Shown piece after piece: positions 7,855-17,466 of a stretch of 23,538 bases of DNA. Source of the DNA: a virus (taxonomy: Duplodnaviria > Heunggongvirae > Uroviricota > Caudoviricetes); the IMG/VR virus record IMGVR_UViG_3300045988_147287; one strand, 5' to 3'. Every line of letters begins with the position of its first letter. Within the stretch, counting starts at the first letter, position 1. The notes beneath the pieces were generated by a model, which saw only the letters and a program-made list of their open reading frames with translations, was not told where the DNA came from and ran no database searches. A program made the position numbers and the translations under genes.

Positions 7855-8937
7855 ATGCTTGGAACTTCATCACAAAGAGCTATTTCAGTACAACATGTTG
7901 ATTTAAATGTAAAGTGTTGGGTCGTTAGACCTGGGATTAAGTATAGATATTTTGCAGACTTCCTTGAACGCAATATGGTTGCTACTGCTCACTTGGATAG
8001 GTTAAGTCCAGATCAAATTGACTTTAATGATGAAATTAACCATGAAAATATTAATCAAAAGGTTGATGGGTTAGATACTATTGGTTCAAGAAATATTCAT
8101 ACCCAAATTGAAAATTTCCTCATAGATATGCAGGTCGGTGATGTTGTTTTCACTTTGTCAGGTGATATGGTTGTTCCTGGAGTTATTGCATCTTCCGCGT
8201 ATTTTGAGCGTGAATGTTTAGGTAATAATGAAGGGTTTCATGTAAGACGTAGAGTCACATGGGGAGAGCCAGTTCGCAGACGAGAGATTCCATTAGCTCT
8301 TCAGAAATCGTTTACTGCATACCAGACCGTATTCTCTTTGGGCGGGAAGTCAGAAGAAGTACTGCATTGGTTAATGTCATTCTTTATAACGGATAATATT
8401 TTCTGTACTAGCTTAAGAGTCGAGCAAGCAGAAGCCATTCGGCATCATACTCTTAAGCAGCTGGCTGAGCTGGTCGATAGAGTGCAGGTACTTGCGCTAT
8501 TAATTGGCGAAGAGTTTGATGGCGAGTATACAAACGAAGTTGTTCAGTTTGAGATGGAAAGACTTTCTAATAATGGAGAGTTATCCTTGACTGCTCAACA
8601 AATGTTGATGTCTCCGGGGGATGTTTGGCTACAATTTAAAACAAATAATAGAAAGGCCGGAATTGCGTTTATGTTAATTATGGGGGCCATTTTTAATCAT
8701 GATGTAGCCTTCGCTTCAACGGTTGATAATCGTATAAGTGAGGAACTTCGATCTCATATTGAAGGGAAAAAAGAGGTTGCAATGGATGGATTAAACTTTG
8801 ATAGAGTTTCTCAAGTTCTAGAGTTGCGTTTAAAAAGACAAAATAGAGGCTTTGTTTCTGCTCGTCCAACGAACCGTGAGATCGGACAGGGGATCAATTT
8901 CCCTGAAGATGGTGATGCGAGGCATGCGAGTGACTAA
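7855..8937 (+). CDS. Hypothetical cargo protein, about 360 aa, soluble; first gene of a two-gene operon
   Basis: ORF-track start 7837 is TTG; first ATG at 7855 (start uncertain); AT-rich; stop TAA 8935-8937 is 2 nt before the next ATG; no recognised catalytic motif; no canonical Walker A (SLGGKS lacks the upstream G). Confidence 0.5.
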   Translation: MLGTSSQRAISVQHVDLNVKCWVVRPGIKYRYFADFLERNMVATAHLDRLSPDQIDFNDEINHENINQKVDGLDTIGSRNIHTQIENFLIDMQVGDVVFTLSGDMVVPGVIASSAYFERECLGNNEGFHVRRRVTWGEPVRRREIPLALQKSFTAYQTVFSLGGKSEEVLHWLMSFFITDNIFCTSLRVEQAEAIRHHTLKQLAELVDRVQVLALLIGEEFDGEYTNEVVQFEMERLSNNGELSLTAQQMLMSPGDVWLQFKTNNRKAGIAFMLIMGAIFNHDVAFASTVDNRISEELRSHIEGKKEVAMDGLNFDRVSQVLELRLKRQNRGFVSARPTNREIGQGINFPEDGDARHASD

Positions 8938-8939
8938 CT

Positions 8940-9629
8940 ATGAACTTTGAATTTGTAAAAGAACACTGGCTGATAATAGGCATGCTATTCATAGCATGTC
9001 TATTATTAATTTTAAAATTCAAAGATATTTACAGAACACACGATCAGTTTAATAACGTCGTGATGTCATTGTGCGCTGTTTTGACACTTGTGTGGGGAGG
9101 ATATACTTTTGATGTTTTGCACCAAAGGGATAAGGCAGAAGCTGATCTTATAGAGTTAAGAAATAGAATTAGAAATACAGAATCGACATTTTTTAATGTT
9201 GACGTTAATGTTGTTAAAATCGATGATGTGTTTTATATAAAGCCTATTGTGACTATTAGGAATAACAGTAATGAGCGAATTTATGTGAAGCTTAATAACA
9301 AGTCCCTTGCTGTTAGTCGTGTTTTATCGGCCGGTGCAAAGCAAGTCGCTACGGAAGTTTTTTATCCAAATTATTATGAGGAGTTGGCTGTTCTTAATGA
9401 AGAAAGTAGCTCGCAAGGAAAAGCTAAAAATATACCTTTATATGATATATCCGTTCCTATCTCTGCCGAAAGACGCTTGAACTATCTTGTTTCGACAAAA
9501 GAAAAAGGAATGTATTATGTAACATTTAGTGCTGAGGCAATGAACGAAGATGGCTCGCCTGTTTCTAAATACATAAATGGGAAAAAATCTATATGGTTTT
9601 CTTCTTCATATATTGAAGTTAAAGATTGA
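8940..9629 (+). CDS. Hypothetical membrane protein, 229 aa, two N-terminal TM helices; second gene of operon
   Basis: ATG at 8940 two nt after upstream stop; hydrophobic segments WLIIGMLFIACLLLILKF and VVMSLCAVLTLVWGGYTF at the N-terminus, then a soluble ~170-aa domain; AT-rich. Confidence 0.6.
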   Translation: MNFEFVKEHWLIIGMLFIACLLLILKFKDIYRTHDQFNNVVMSLCAVLTLVWGGYTFDVLHQRDKAEADLIELRNRIRNTESTFFNVDVNVVKIDDVFYIKPIVTIRNNSNERIYVKLNNKSLAVSRVLSAGAKQVATEVFYPNYYEELAVLNEESSSQGKAKNIPLYDISVPISAERRLNYLVSTKEKGMYYVTFSAEAMNEDGSPVSKYINGKKSIWFSSSYIEVKD

Positions 9630-9696
9630 ATTTCTATTAAACCATATAGTAATTGAAGGTGTTGGGGGTTAATCTTGCCTGGATTGCATAGAATCA

Positions 9697-9714
9697 CGCC
9701 GTCTGGAGACGGCG
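9697..9714. terminator. Hairpin between convergent cargo operon and Q (possible bidirectional terminator)
   Basis: CGCCGTC-TGGA-GACGGCG perfect 7-bp stem; no strong T-run on either side, so weak. Confidence 0.3.
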
Positions 9715-9724
9715 CTAAGGGTAC

Positions 9725-10753
9725 TTAATTAGATTCTAGACTGTAATCTTTAAAGCGGATGACCTCCTGACCGAGCCAGCCGTTTATCTCGCGGATCCTG
9801 TCCTGTAGCGGGATAAGCTCATTGCGGACAAAGACCTTTGCCACTTTCTCAATATCACCCAGCGACCCGACGTTCTCCGGCTTGCCGCCCATCAACTGAA
9901 AGGGGATGCGGTGCGCGTCCAGCAGGTCAGCGGCGCTGGCTTTTTTGATATTAAAAAAATCGTCCTTCGTTGCCACTTCACTGAGCGGGATAATTTTAAT
10001 GCCGTCGGCTTTCCCCTGCGGGGCATAGAGAAACAGATTTTTAAAGTTGTTGCGGCCTTTCGACTTGACCATGTTTTCGCGAAGCATTTCGATATCGTTG
10101 CGATCCTGCACGGCATCGGTGACATACATGATGTATCCGGCATGAGCGCCGTTTTCGTAATACTTGCGGCGGAACAGCGTGGCCGACTCATTCAGCCAGG
10201 CAGAGTTAAGGGCGCTGAGATATTCCGGCAGGCCGTACAGCTCCTGATTGATATCCGGCTCCAGCAGGTGAAACACGGAGCCGGGCGCGAAGGCTGTCGG
10301 CTCGTTGAAGGACGGCACCCACCAGTAAACATCCTCCTCCACGCCACGGCGGGTATATTTTGCCGGTGAGGTTTCCAGTCTGATGACCTTACCGGTGGTG
10401 CTGTAACGCTTTTCCAGAAACGCATTACCGAAAACCAGAAAATCCAGCACAAAGCGGCTGAAATCCTGCTGGGAAAGCCACGGATGCGGGATAAATGTCG
10501 AGGCCAGAATATTACGTTTGACGTAAATCGGTGAGCTGTGATGCACGGCAGCACGCAGGCTTTTTGCCAGACCGGTAAAGCTGACCGGTGGCTCATACCA
10601 TCTGCCGTTACTGATGCATTCGACGTAATCCAGAATGTCACGGCGGTCGAGTACCGGCACCGGCTCACCAAAGGTGAATGCCTCCATTTTCGGGGCGCTG
10701 GCGGTCATTGTTTTTGCCGCAGGTCGCGGTGTTTTCCCTTTTTTCTTGCTCAT
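9725..10753 (-). CDS. Q: Portal protein (P2 gpQ-like), 342 aa
   Basis: ATG at 10753 overlapping the P stop; size and position (cos-proximal, leftward, upstream partner of terminase P) match P2 Q. Confidence 0.9.
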   Translation of the reverse strand: MSKKKGKTPRPAAKTMTASAPKMEAFTFGEPVPVLDRRDILDYVECISNGRWYEPPVSFTGLAKSLRAAVHHSSPIYVKRNILASTFIPHPWLSQQDFSRFVLDFLVFGNAFLEKRYSTTGKVIRLETSPAKYTRRGVEEDVYWWVPSFNEPTAFAPGSVFHLLEPDINQELYGLPEYLSALNSAWLNESATLFRRKYYENGAHAGYIMYVTDAVQDRNDIEMLRENMVKSKGRNNFKNLFLYAPQGKADGIKIIPLSEVATKDDFFNIKKASAADLLDAHRIPFQLMGGKPENVGSLGDIEKVAKVFVRNELIPLQDRIREINGWLGQEVIRFKDYSLESN

Positions 10754-12525
10754 CAGTAAAACTCCAGAATGGTGGATGTCAGTGGGGTGCTGATACCGGC
10801 GGTGAGTGGCTCATTTAACAGGGCGTGCATGGTCGCCCAGGCGAGGTCGGCGTGGCTGGCTTCCTCGCTGCGGCTGGCCTCATAGGTGGCGCTGCGTCCG
10901 CTGCTGGTCATGGTCTTGCGGATAGCCATAAACGAGCTGGTGATGTCGGTGGCGCTGACGTCATATTCCAGACAGCCACGGCGGATAACGTCTTTTGCCT
11001 TGAGCACCATTGCGGTTTTCATTTCCGGTGTGTAGCGGATATCGCGCGCGGCAGGATAGAACGAGCGCACGAGCTGGAACACGCCGACACCGAGGCCGGT
11101 GGCATCAATACCGATGTATTCGACGTTATATTTTTCGGTGAGTTTGCGGATGGATTCAGCCTGGGTGGCAAAGTCCATGCCTTTCCACTGGTGACGCTCA
11201 AGTATTCTGAATTTGCCACCGGCCACCACCGGCGGTGCCAGTACCACGCATCCGGCGCTGTCGCCACGGTGTGACGGGTCGTAACCAATCCATACCGGAC
11301 GTGAGCCGAACGGATTGGCGGCAAAGGGTGCATAGTCTTCCCATTCTTCCAGCGTGTCGACCATGCAGCGTTGCAGCTCCTCGAACGGGAACACCGATGC
11401 CTTGTCGTCAACAAATTCACACATGAACAGGTTTTTAAAATCGTCGGCGCTGTTTTCGCGTTTGAGCTGCTCAATGTCGAACAGCGTGCAGCCGCCTTTC
11501 AGGGCGTCCTCAATGGTGACAATCTGCCGCCACTGGCCGTCCGCACAGAGAAGACCTCCGGCAAGGGCGTTATGACTGACGTCGATTTCCACGCGTTCGG
11601 CGGCGCTGGCGCGTCCCCGGTTGAACAGTTCACCCGACCAGAACGGGTAGGCGTCGTGCGCCAGCGTGGACGGGGTGGAGAAATAGGTCGAGCGCAGGTG
11701 GCTCTGTGAGGCCATACCTGATGCCACCTTACGCAGTACCTGAAAATTCGGGATCCAGAAAATCTCATCGACGTACAGGTCGCCGTTATGGCTCTGTGCG
11801 GTGTTGGAGTTGGTGCCGAGAAAAATCAGTTTTGCGCCGTTATTGCCCAGGACAATCGGGTCACCGGTCAGGTCAACGTCAACCAGACGGGCAAAGGCGA
11901 TGATGTATTCACGGAACACATACGCCTGCGTTTTACTGGCCGACAGAAAAATCTGGTTATGACCGGTTTTCAGGGCGCGCAGCAGCGCCTCGCGGGAAAA
12001 ATAAAACGTCGCGCCAATCTGGCGGGATTTCAGGATATCGCGGATGCGGTGCTCAAGCCCGGCGCGATACCAGTGCAACTGATATTCGAAAGACTGCTCA
12101 AAGAAAATCTGCTCCAGCTTTTCGATGGCCTCGTCACTGAAAAAATTCTTTTTCGGTTTGCGACGCCCGCCTTTGTTGCGGTTAGCGACGTTCGGATTAA
12201 GGTCTGCCTCGTTGCCGGTCTGGCTGTAGCGGTTGACCCGTGCCAGTCGTTCAATCTGGCGTCCGAGCAGGTCAATTTCCTTGAAGTCACCGCCGGTTTT
12301 CTGCGGTTTGATGATGAGCTGGGTCAGTCGCGCTTCCAGACTCATTTCGACACGGCTGATGGGGGCAACGCTGTCCCAGCCGTCGCGCTGTTTCCAGCTC
12401 TGCACCGTCGGGCGTTTCATCTGCAACATGGCGGCAATCTGCGGCACGGAAAACCCCTGCCAGTACAGCAGCGCCGCCTGACGACGCGGGTCGTGTAAAA
12501 GAGTGGTGTCTGTGGTGATGGTCAT
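10753..12525 (-). CDS. P: Terminase large (ATPase) subunit (P2 gpP-like), 590 aa
   Basis: ORF-track start 12555 is TTG; ATG at 12525 gives MTITTDTTLL... and 590 aa (P2 P length); stop overlaps Q start. Confidence 0.9.
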   Translation of the reverse strand: MTITTDTTLLHDPRRQAALLYWQGFSVPQIAAMLQMKRPTVQSWKQRDGWDSVAPISRVEMSLEARLTQLIIKPQKTGGDFKEIDLLGRQIERLARVNRYSQTGNEADLNPNVANRNKGGRRKPKKNFFSDEAIEKLEQIFFEQSFEYQLHWYRAGLEHRIRDILKSRQIGATFYFSREALLRALKTGHNQIFLSASKTQAYVFREYIIAFARLVDVDLTGDPIVLGNNGAKLIFLGTNSNTAQSHNGDLYVDEIFWIPNFQVLRKVASGMASQSHLRSTYFSTPSTLAHDAYPFWSGELFNRGRASAAERVEIDVSHNALAGGLLCADGQWRQIVTIEDALKGGCTLFDIEQLKRENSADDFKNLFMCEFVDDKASVFPFEELQRCMVDTLEEWEDYAPFAANPFGSRPVWIGYDPSHRGDSAGCVVLAPPVVAGGKFRILERHQWKGMDFATQAESIRKLTEKYNVEYIGIDATGLGVGVFQLVRSFYPAARDIRYTPEMKTAMVLKAKDVIRRGCLEYDVSATDITSSFMAIRKTMTSSGRSATYEASRSEEASHADLAWATMHALLNEPLTAGISTPLTSTILEFY

Positions 12526-12698
12526 GAATACCTCGCCGTGATGAATACACGGCAAGGCTACTGAGTCGCGCCCCGCGATTCGCTAAGGTGCTGTTGTGTC
12601 AGTGATAAGCCATCCGGGACTGATGGCGGAGGATGCGCATCGTCGGGAAACTGATGCCGACATGTGACTCCTCTAATCACTATTCAGGACTCCTGACA
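12526..12698. promoter_or_regulatory. Divergent late promoter region (P_P leftward, P_O rightward); contains TGTTGTGTCA element at 12592-12601
   Basis: 173-bp intergenic region between divergent P and O; carries a 10-mer TGTTGTGTCA also present upstream of V (20137-20146), consistent with a shared late-activator site. Confidence 0.5.
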
Positions 12699-13553
12699 AT
12701 GGCAAAAAAAGCATCAAAATTCTTTCGTATCGGCGTTGAGGGTGACACCTGTGACGGGCGTGTCATCAGTGCGCAGGATATTCAGGAAATGGCCGAAACC
12801 TTTGACCCGCGTGTCTATGGTTGCCGCATTAACCTGGAACATCTGCGCGGCATCCTGCCTGACGGTATTTTTAAGCGTTATGGCGATGTGGCCGAACTGA
12901 AGGCCGAAAAGATTGATGACGATTCGGCGCTGAAAGGCAAATGGGCGCTGTTTGCGAAAATCACCCCGACCGATGACCTTATCGCGATGAACAAGGCCGC
13001 GCAGAAGGTCTACACCTCAATGGAAATTCAGCCGAACTTTGCCAACACCGGCAAATGTTATCTGGTGGGGCTGGCCGTCACCGATGACCCGGCAAGCCTC
13101 GGCACGGAATACCTGGAATTCTGCCGCACGGCAAAACACAACCCCCTGAATCGCTTCAAATTAAGCCCTGAAAACCTGATTTCAGTGGCAACGCCTGTTG
13201 AGCTGGAATTTGAAGACCTGCCTGAAACCGTGTTCACCGCCCTGACCGAAAAGGTGAAGTCCATTTTTGGCCGCAAACAGGCCAGCGATGATGCCCGTCT
13301 GAATGACGTGCATGAAGCGGTGACCGCTGTTGCTGAACATGTGCAGGAAAAACTGAGCGCCACTGAGCAGCGCCTCGCTGAGATGGAAACCGCCTTTTCT
13401 GCACTTAAGCAGGAGGTGACTGACAGGGCGGATGAAACCAGCCAGGCATTCACCCGCCTGAAAAACAGTCTCGACCACACCGAAAGTCTGACCCAGCAGC
13501 GCCGCAGCAAGGCCACCGGTGGTGGCGGTGACGCCCTGATGACGAACTGCTGA
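12699..13553 (+). CDS. O: Capsid scaffolding protein (P2 gpO-like), 284 aa
   Basis: ORF-track start 12633 is upstream; ATG at 12699 gives MAKKASKFFRIGVEG... and 284 aa (P2 O length). Confidence 0.9.
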   Translation: MAKKASKFFRIGVEGDTCDGRVISAQDIQEMAETFDPRVYGCRINLEHLRGILPDGIFKRYGDVAELKAEKIDDDSALKGKWALFAKITPTDDLIAMNKAAQKVYTSMEIQPNFANTGKCYLVGLAVTDDPASLGTEYLEFCRTAKHNPLNRFKLSPENLISVATPVELEFEDLPETVFTALTEKVKSIFGRKQASDDARLNDVHEAVTAVAEHVQEKLSATEQRLAEMETAFSALKQEVTDRADETSQAFTRLKNSLDHTESLTQQRRSKATGGGGDALMTNC

Positions 13554-13611
13554 CCGGCGTCAGTCAGTCCGGGAAAACCTTCACGATTAACCCTTAATTT
13601 CAGGAAAAACT

Positions 13612-14685
13612 ATGCGCCAGGAAACCCGCTTTAAATTTAATGCCTACCTGTCCCGTGTTGCCGAACTGAACGGCATCGACGCCGGTGATGTGTCGAAAAA
13701 ATTTACCGTTGAACCGTCGGTCACCCAGACCCTGATGAACACCATGCAGGAGTCCTCTGACTTTCTGACCCGCATCAACATTGTGCCGGTCAGCGAAATG
13801 AAAGGGGAAAAAATTGGCATCGGTGTCACCGGCTCCATCGCCAGCACCACCGACACCGCCGGTGGCACCGAGCGTCAGCCGAAGGACTTCTCGAAGCTGG
13901 CGTCAAACAAGTACGAATGCGACCAGATTAACTTCGATTTTTATATCCGCTACAAAACACTTGACCTGTGGGCGCGTTATCAGGATTTCCAGCTCCGTGT
14001 CCGTAACGCCATTATCAAACGCCAGTCCCTTGATTTCATCATGGCCGGTTTTAACGGCGTGAGGCGTGCCGAAACCTCTGACCGCAGCAGTAACCAGATG
14101 CTGCAGGATGTGGCGGTCGGCTGGCTGCAGAAATACCGCAATGAAGCCCCGGCGCGCGTGATGAGCAAGGTTACTGACGAGGAAGGTCACACGACCTCTG
14201 AGGTCATCCGCGTGGGTAAGGGCGGTGATTATGTCAGCCTCGATGCACTGGTGATGGATGCGACCAACAACCTGATTGAGCCGTGGTATCAGGAAGACCC
14301 TGACCTTGTGGTGATTGTGGGGCGTCAGCTACTGGCGGACAAGTATTTCCCCATCGTCAACAAGGAGCAGGACAACAGCGAAATGCTGGCCGCTGACGTC
14401 ATCATCAGCCAGAAACGCATCGGTAACCTGCCGGCGGTACGCGTCCCGTACTTCCCGGCGGATGCGATGCTCATCACGAAGCTGGAAAACCTGTCCATCT
14501 ACTACATGGATGACAGCCATCGCCGCGTGATTGAGGAAAACCCGAAACTCGACCGCGTGGAGAACTACGAGTCAATGAACATTGATTACGTGGTGGAAGA
14601 CTACGCCGCCGGTTGTCTGGTGGAAAAAATTAAGGTCGGTGATTTCTCCACACCGGCTAAAGCGACCGCAGAGTCGGGAGCGTAA
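13612..14685 (+). CDS. N: Major capsid protein (P2 gpN-like), 357 aa
   Basis: 357 aa equals P2 N; position after O. Confidence 0.9.
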   Translation: MRQETRFKFNAYLSRVAELNGIDAGDVSKKFTVEPSVTQTLMNTMQESSDFLTRINIVPVSEMKGEKIGIGVTGSIASTTDTAGGTERQPKDFSKLASNKYECDQINFDFYIRYKTLDLWARYQDFQLRVRNAIIKRQSLDFIMAGFNGVRRAETSDRSSNQMLQDVAVGWLQKYRNEAPARVMSKVTDEEGHTTSEVIRVGKGGDYVSLDALVMDATNNLIEPWYQEDPDLVVIVGRQLLADKYFPIVNKEQDNSEMLAADVIISQKRIGNLPAVRVPYFPADAMLITKLENLSIYYMDDSHRRVIEENPKLDRVENYESMNIDYVVEDYAAGCLVEKIKVGDFSTPAKATAESGA

Positions 14686-14688
14686 CCG

Positions 14689-15432
14689 ATGACGAGTCCC
14701 GCACAGCGCCACATGATGCGGGTCTCGGCAGCGATGACCGCGCAGCGGGAAGCCGCCCCGCTGCGACATGCAACTGTCTATGAGCAGATGCTGGTTAAGC
14801 TCGCCGCAGACCAGCGCACACTGAAAGCGATTTATTCAAAAGAGCTGAAGGCCGCGAAAAAGCGCGAACTGCTGCCGTTCTGGTTGCCGTGGGTGAACGG
14901 CGTGCTGGAGCAGGGCAAAGGTGCACAGGATGACATTCTGATGACGGTCATGCTGTGGCGTCTGGATACCGGCGATATTGCCGGTGCGCTGGAGATTGCC
15001 CGTTATGCCCTGAAGTACGGTCTGACCATGCCGGGTAAACACCGCCGCACCCCGCCGTACATGTTCACCGAGGAGGTGGCGCTTGCGGCCATGCGTGCCC
15101 ACGCTGCCGGTGAGTCTGTGGATACGCGCCTGCTGACGGACACCCTTGAACTGACCGCCACGGCTGACATGCCTGATGAAGTGCGCGCAAAGCTGCACAA
15201 AATCACCGGTCTGTTTCTGCGTGACGGTGGTGATGCCGCAGGTGCGCTGGCGCACCTGCAACGTGCGACACAGCTCGACTGTCAGGCAGGCGTCAAAAAA
15301 GAGATTGAACGACTGGAGCGGGAGCTGAAACCGAAGCCGGAGCCACAGCCAAAAGCGGCCACCCGCGCCCCGCGTAAGACCCGGAGTGCGACACCGGCAA
15401 AACGTGGACGCCCGAAAAAGAAAGCCAGTTAA
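14689..15432 (+). CDS. M: Terminase small/endonuclease subunit (P2 gpM-like), 247 aa
   Basis: 247 aa equals P2 M; basic lysine/arginine-rich C-terminal tail; position after N. Confidence 0.9.
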   Translation: MTSPAQRHMMRVSAAMTAQREAAPLRHATVYEQMLVKLAADQRTLKAIYSKELKAAKKRELLPFWLPWVNGVLEQGKGAQDDILMTVMLWRLDTGDIAGALEIARYALKYGLTMPGKHRRTPPYMFTEEVALAAMRAHAAGESVDTRLLTDTLELTATADMPDEVRAKLHKITGLFLRDGGDAAGALAHLQRATQLDCQAGVKKEIERLERELKPKPEPQPKAATRAPRKTRSATPAKRGRPKKKAS

Positions 15433-15531
15433 CAACCGAATGCGCCCCGCGCCAGGGCGGCACGCCGGTCAGTGAGGGTGAATCACCTGATACTGCACCG
15501 GCGTCCACCGCCCGACTTTTCAGAGGTAGTC

Positions 15532-16041
15532 ATGATGACGCTGATTATTCCGCGAAAGGAGGCTCCCGTGTCCGGTGAGGGTACGGTGGTCATCCCGCAA
15601 CCGGCAGGCGACGAGCCGGTGATTAAAAACACGTTCTTTTTTCCCGATATCGACCCGAAGCGCGTCCGGGAACGTATGCGCCTTGAGCAGACCGTCGCCC
15701 CCGCCCGTCTGCGTGAGGCCATCAAGTCAGGCATGGCGGAGACAAATGCGGAGCTGTACGAGTACCGCGAACAGAAAATTGCCGCCGGTTTTACGCGTCT
15801 GGCTGACGTCCCGGCGGACGACATCGACGGTGAAAGCATCAGGGTTTTTTACTACGAGCGCGCCGTGTGCGCGATGGCGACCGCGTCGCTTTATGAGCGT
15901 TATCGCGGCGTAGATGCCAGTGCGAAAGGCGACAAGAAGGCTGACAGCATTGACAGCACCATTGATGAGCTGTGGCGGGATATGCGCTGGGCGGTGGCGC
16001 GCATCCAGGGCAAGCCGCGCTGCATCGTGAGTCAAATCTGA
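15532..16041 (+). CDS. L: Capsid completion protein (P2 gpL-like), 169 aa
   Basis: ORF-track start 15472 is GTG; ATG at 15532 preceded by GAGGTAG gives 169 aa (P2 L length). Confidence 0.85.
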   Translation: MMTLIIPRKEAPVSGEGTVVIPQPAGDEPVIKNTFFFPDIDPKRVRERMRLEQTVAPARLREAIKSGMAETNAELYEYREQKIAAGFTRLADVPADDIDGESIRVFYYERAVCAMATASLYERYRGVDASAKGDKKADSIDSTIDELWRDMRWAVARIQGKPRCIVSQI

Positions 16042-16244
16042 TGAAGACCTTTGCGCTACAGGGCGACACGCTCGACGCCATTTGTGTCCGGTATTACGGG
16101 CGCACTGAGGGCGTGGTCGAAGCCGTGCTCGCCGCAAATCCGGGACTGGCTGAACTGGGCGCGGTGCTGCCGCACGGCACCGCCGTCGAGCTGCCCGACG
16201 TTCAGACCGCGCCCGTGGCTGAAACTGTCAATCTGTGGGAGTAA
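16041..16244 (+). CDS. X: Tail protein X (P2 gpX-like), 67 aa
   Basis: ATG at 16041 within the longer ORF-track ORF (15972); gives 67 aa (P2 X length), overlapping the L stop. Confidence 0.8.
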   Translation: MKTFALQGDTLDAICVRYYGRTEGVVEAVLAANPGLAELGAVLPHGTAVELPDVQTAPVAETVNLWE

Positions 16245-16247
16245 CGC

Positions 16248-16529
16248 ATGACAGCAGAAGAAAAAAGCGTCCTGTCGCTTTTCATGATTGGGGTGCTGAT
16301 TGTTGTCGGCAAGGTGCTTGCCGGTGGTGAACCCATCACCCCGCGTCTGTTTATCGGGCGCATGTTGCTCGGTGGCTTTGTCTCGATGGTTGCCGGTGTT
16401 GTTCTGGTGCAGTTTCCTGACCTGTCACTGCCTGCGGTGTGCGGCATTGGCTCCATGCTGGGTATCGCCGGTTATCAGGTGATTGAGATTGCCATTCAGC
16501 GCCGCTTTAAGGGCAGGGGGAAACAGTAA
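16248..16529 (+). CDS. Y: Holin (P2 gpY-like), 93 aa
   Basis: 93 aa with hydrophobic TM segments and a charged C-terminus; immediately upstream of the endolysin. Confidence 0.85.
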   Translation: MTAEEKSVLSLFMIGVLIVVGKVLAGGEPITPRLFIGRMLLGGFVSMVAGVVLVQFPDLSLPAVCGIGSMLGIAGYQVIEIAIQRRFKGRGKQ

Positions 16530-17026
16530 TGCCGGTAATGAACACGCATCAGAATATCGCCGCCTTTCTCGACATGCTGGCCGTGTCCGAAGGGACGGCG
16601 AACCATCCGCTGACGAAAAACCGGGGCTATGACGTGATAGTCACCGGACTGGACGGGAAGCCGGAAATTTTCACCGACTACAGTGACCACCCGTTCGCGC
16701 ATGGCCGACCGGCGAAGGTGTTTAACCGTCGCGGTGAAAAATCCACGGCCTCCGGTCGCTATCAGCAGCTTTACCTGTTCTGGCCGCATTACCGCAAACA
16801 GCTTGCCCTGCCGGATTTCAGTCCGTTGTCACAGGACAGACTCGCCATTCAGTTGATCCGCGAACGCGGTGCGCTGGATGACATCCGGGCGGGACGCATT
16901 GAGCGCGCCATTTCACGCTGTCGCAGTATCTGGGCGTCCCTGCCGGGTGCCGGTTACGGTCAGCGTGAGCATTCACTGGAAAAACTGGTCACCGTCTGGC
17001 GTACCGCCGGCGGCGTACCGGCTTAA
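16529..17026 (+). CDS. K: Endolysin, lambda R-like lytic transglycosylase/lysozyme (P2 gpK-like), 165 aa
   Basis: AAFLDMLAVSEGT catalytic-glutamate motif as in lambda R; 165 aa; start overlaps Y stop. Confidence 0.85.
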   Translation: MPVMNTHQNIAAFLDMLAVSEGTANHPLTKNRGYDVIVTGLDGKPEIFTDYSDHPFAHGRPAKVFNRRGEKSTASGRYQQLYLFWPHYRKQLALPDFSPLSQDRLAIQLIRERGALDDIRAGRIERAISRCRSIWASLPGAGYGQREHSLEKLVTVWRTAGGVPA

Positions 17027-17040
17027 ACGGAGTAAACACC

Positions 17041-17466
17041 ATGAAGAAATTATCCCTTTCACTGATGCTGAACGTGTCGCTGGCGCTGATGCTGGCACTG
17101 TCCCTGATTTACCCGCAGAGCGTGGCCGTCAATTTTGTTGCTGCCTGGGCGATTCTGGCGACGGTTATCTGTGTGGTTGCCGGTGGTGTCGGCGTGTATG
17201 CCACTGAGTATGTGCTGGAACGCTACGGGCGGGAGCTGCCGCCGGAATCGCTGGCCGTGAAGATTGTCACGTCGCTGTTTTTGCAGCCGGTGCCGTGGCG
17301 CAGGCGGGCAGCGGCTCTGGTGGTGATGGTGGCGACGTTTATCTCGCTGGTCGCTGCCGGGTGGATTTTTACTGCGCTGATTTACCTCGTGGCGTCGGTG
17401 TTCTTCCGGCTGATACGTACGGCCTGCCGTCAGCGTTTTGAGGGGCGGGAACCATGTCAAAGCTGA
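17041..17466 (+). CDS. lysA: Lysis regulator LysA-like membrane protein, 141 aa
   Basis: Multi-TM hydrophobic protein of 141 aa directly after K, as in P2. Confidence 0.8.
   Translation: MKKLSLSLMLNVSLALMLALSLIYPQSVAVNFVAAWAILATVICVVAGGVGVYATEYVLERYGRELPPESLAVKIVTSLFLQPVPWRRRAAALVVMVATFISLVAAGWIFTALIYLVASVFFRLIRTACRQRFEGREPCQS

Noticed and set aside
8301-8360. Possible P-loop (SLGGKS) in the 366-aa cargo protein
   Set aside because: Lacks the upstream glycine of a canonical GxxxxGK[ST] Walker A and no Walker B partner was identifiable; not enough to call an NTPase.
11788-12498. 236-aa plus-strand ORF (and several other 60-150-aa ORFs on both strands) inside terminase gene P
   Set aside because: Lies antisense within a gene whose product matches P2 gpP over its full length; translation is low-complexity (Arg/Gly/Ala-rich), typical of spurious ORFs in GC-rich coding DNA.
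14836-16137. Several long minus-strand ORFs (199, 136, 118 aa) across M, L and X
   Set aside because: Antisense to a contiguous run of length-matched P2 late genes; Arg/Cys-rich translations with no start context.
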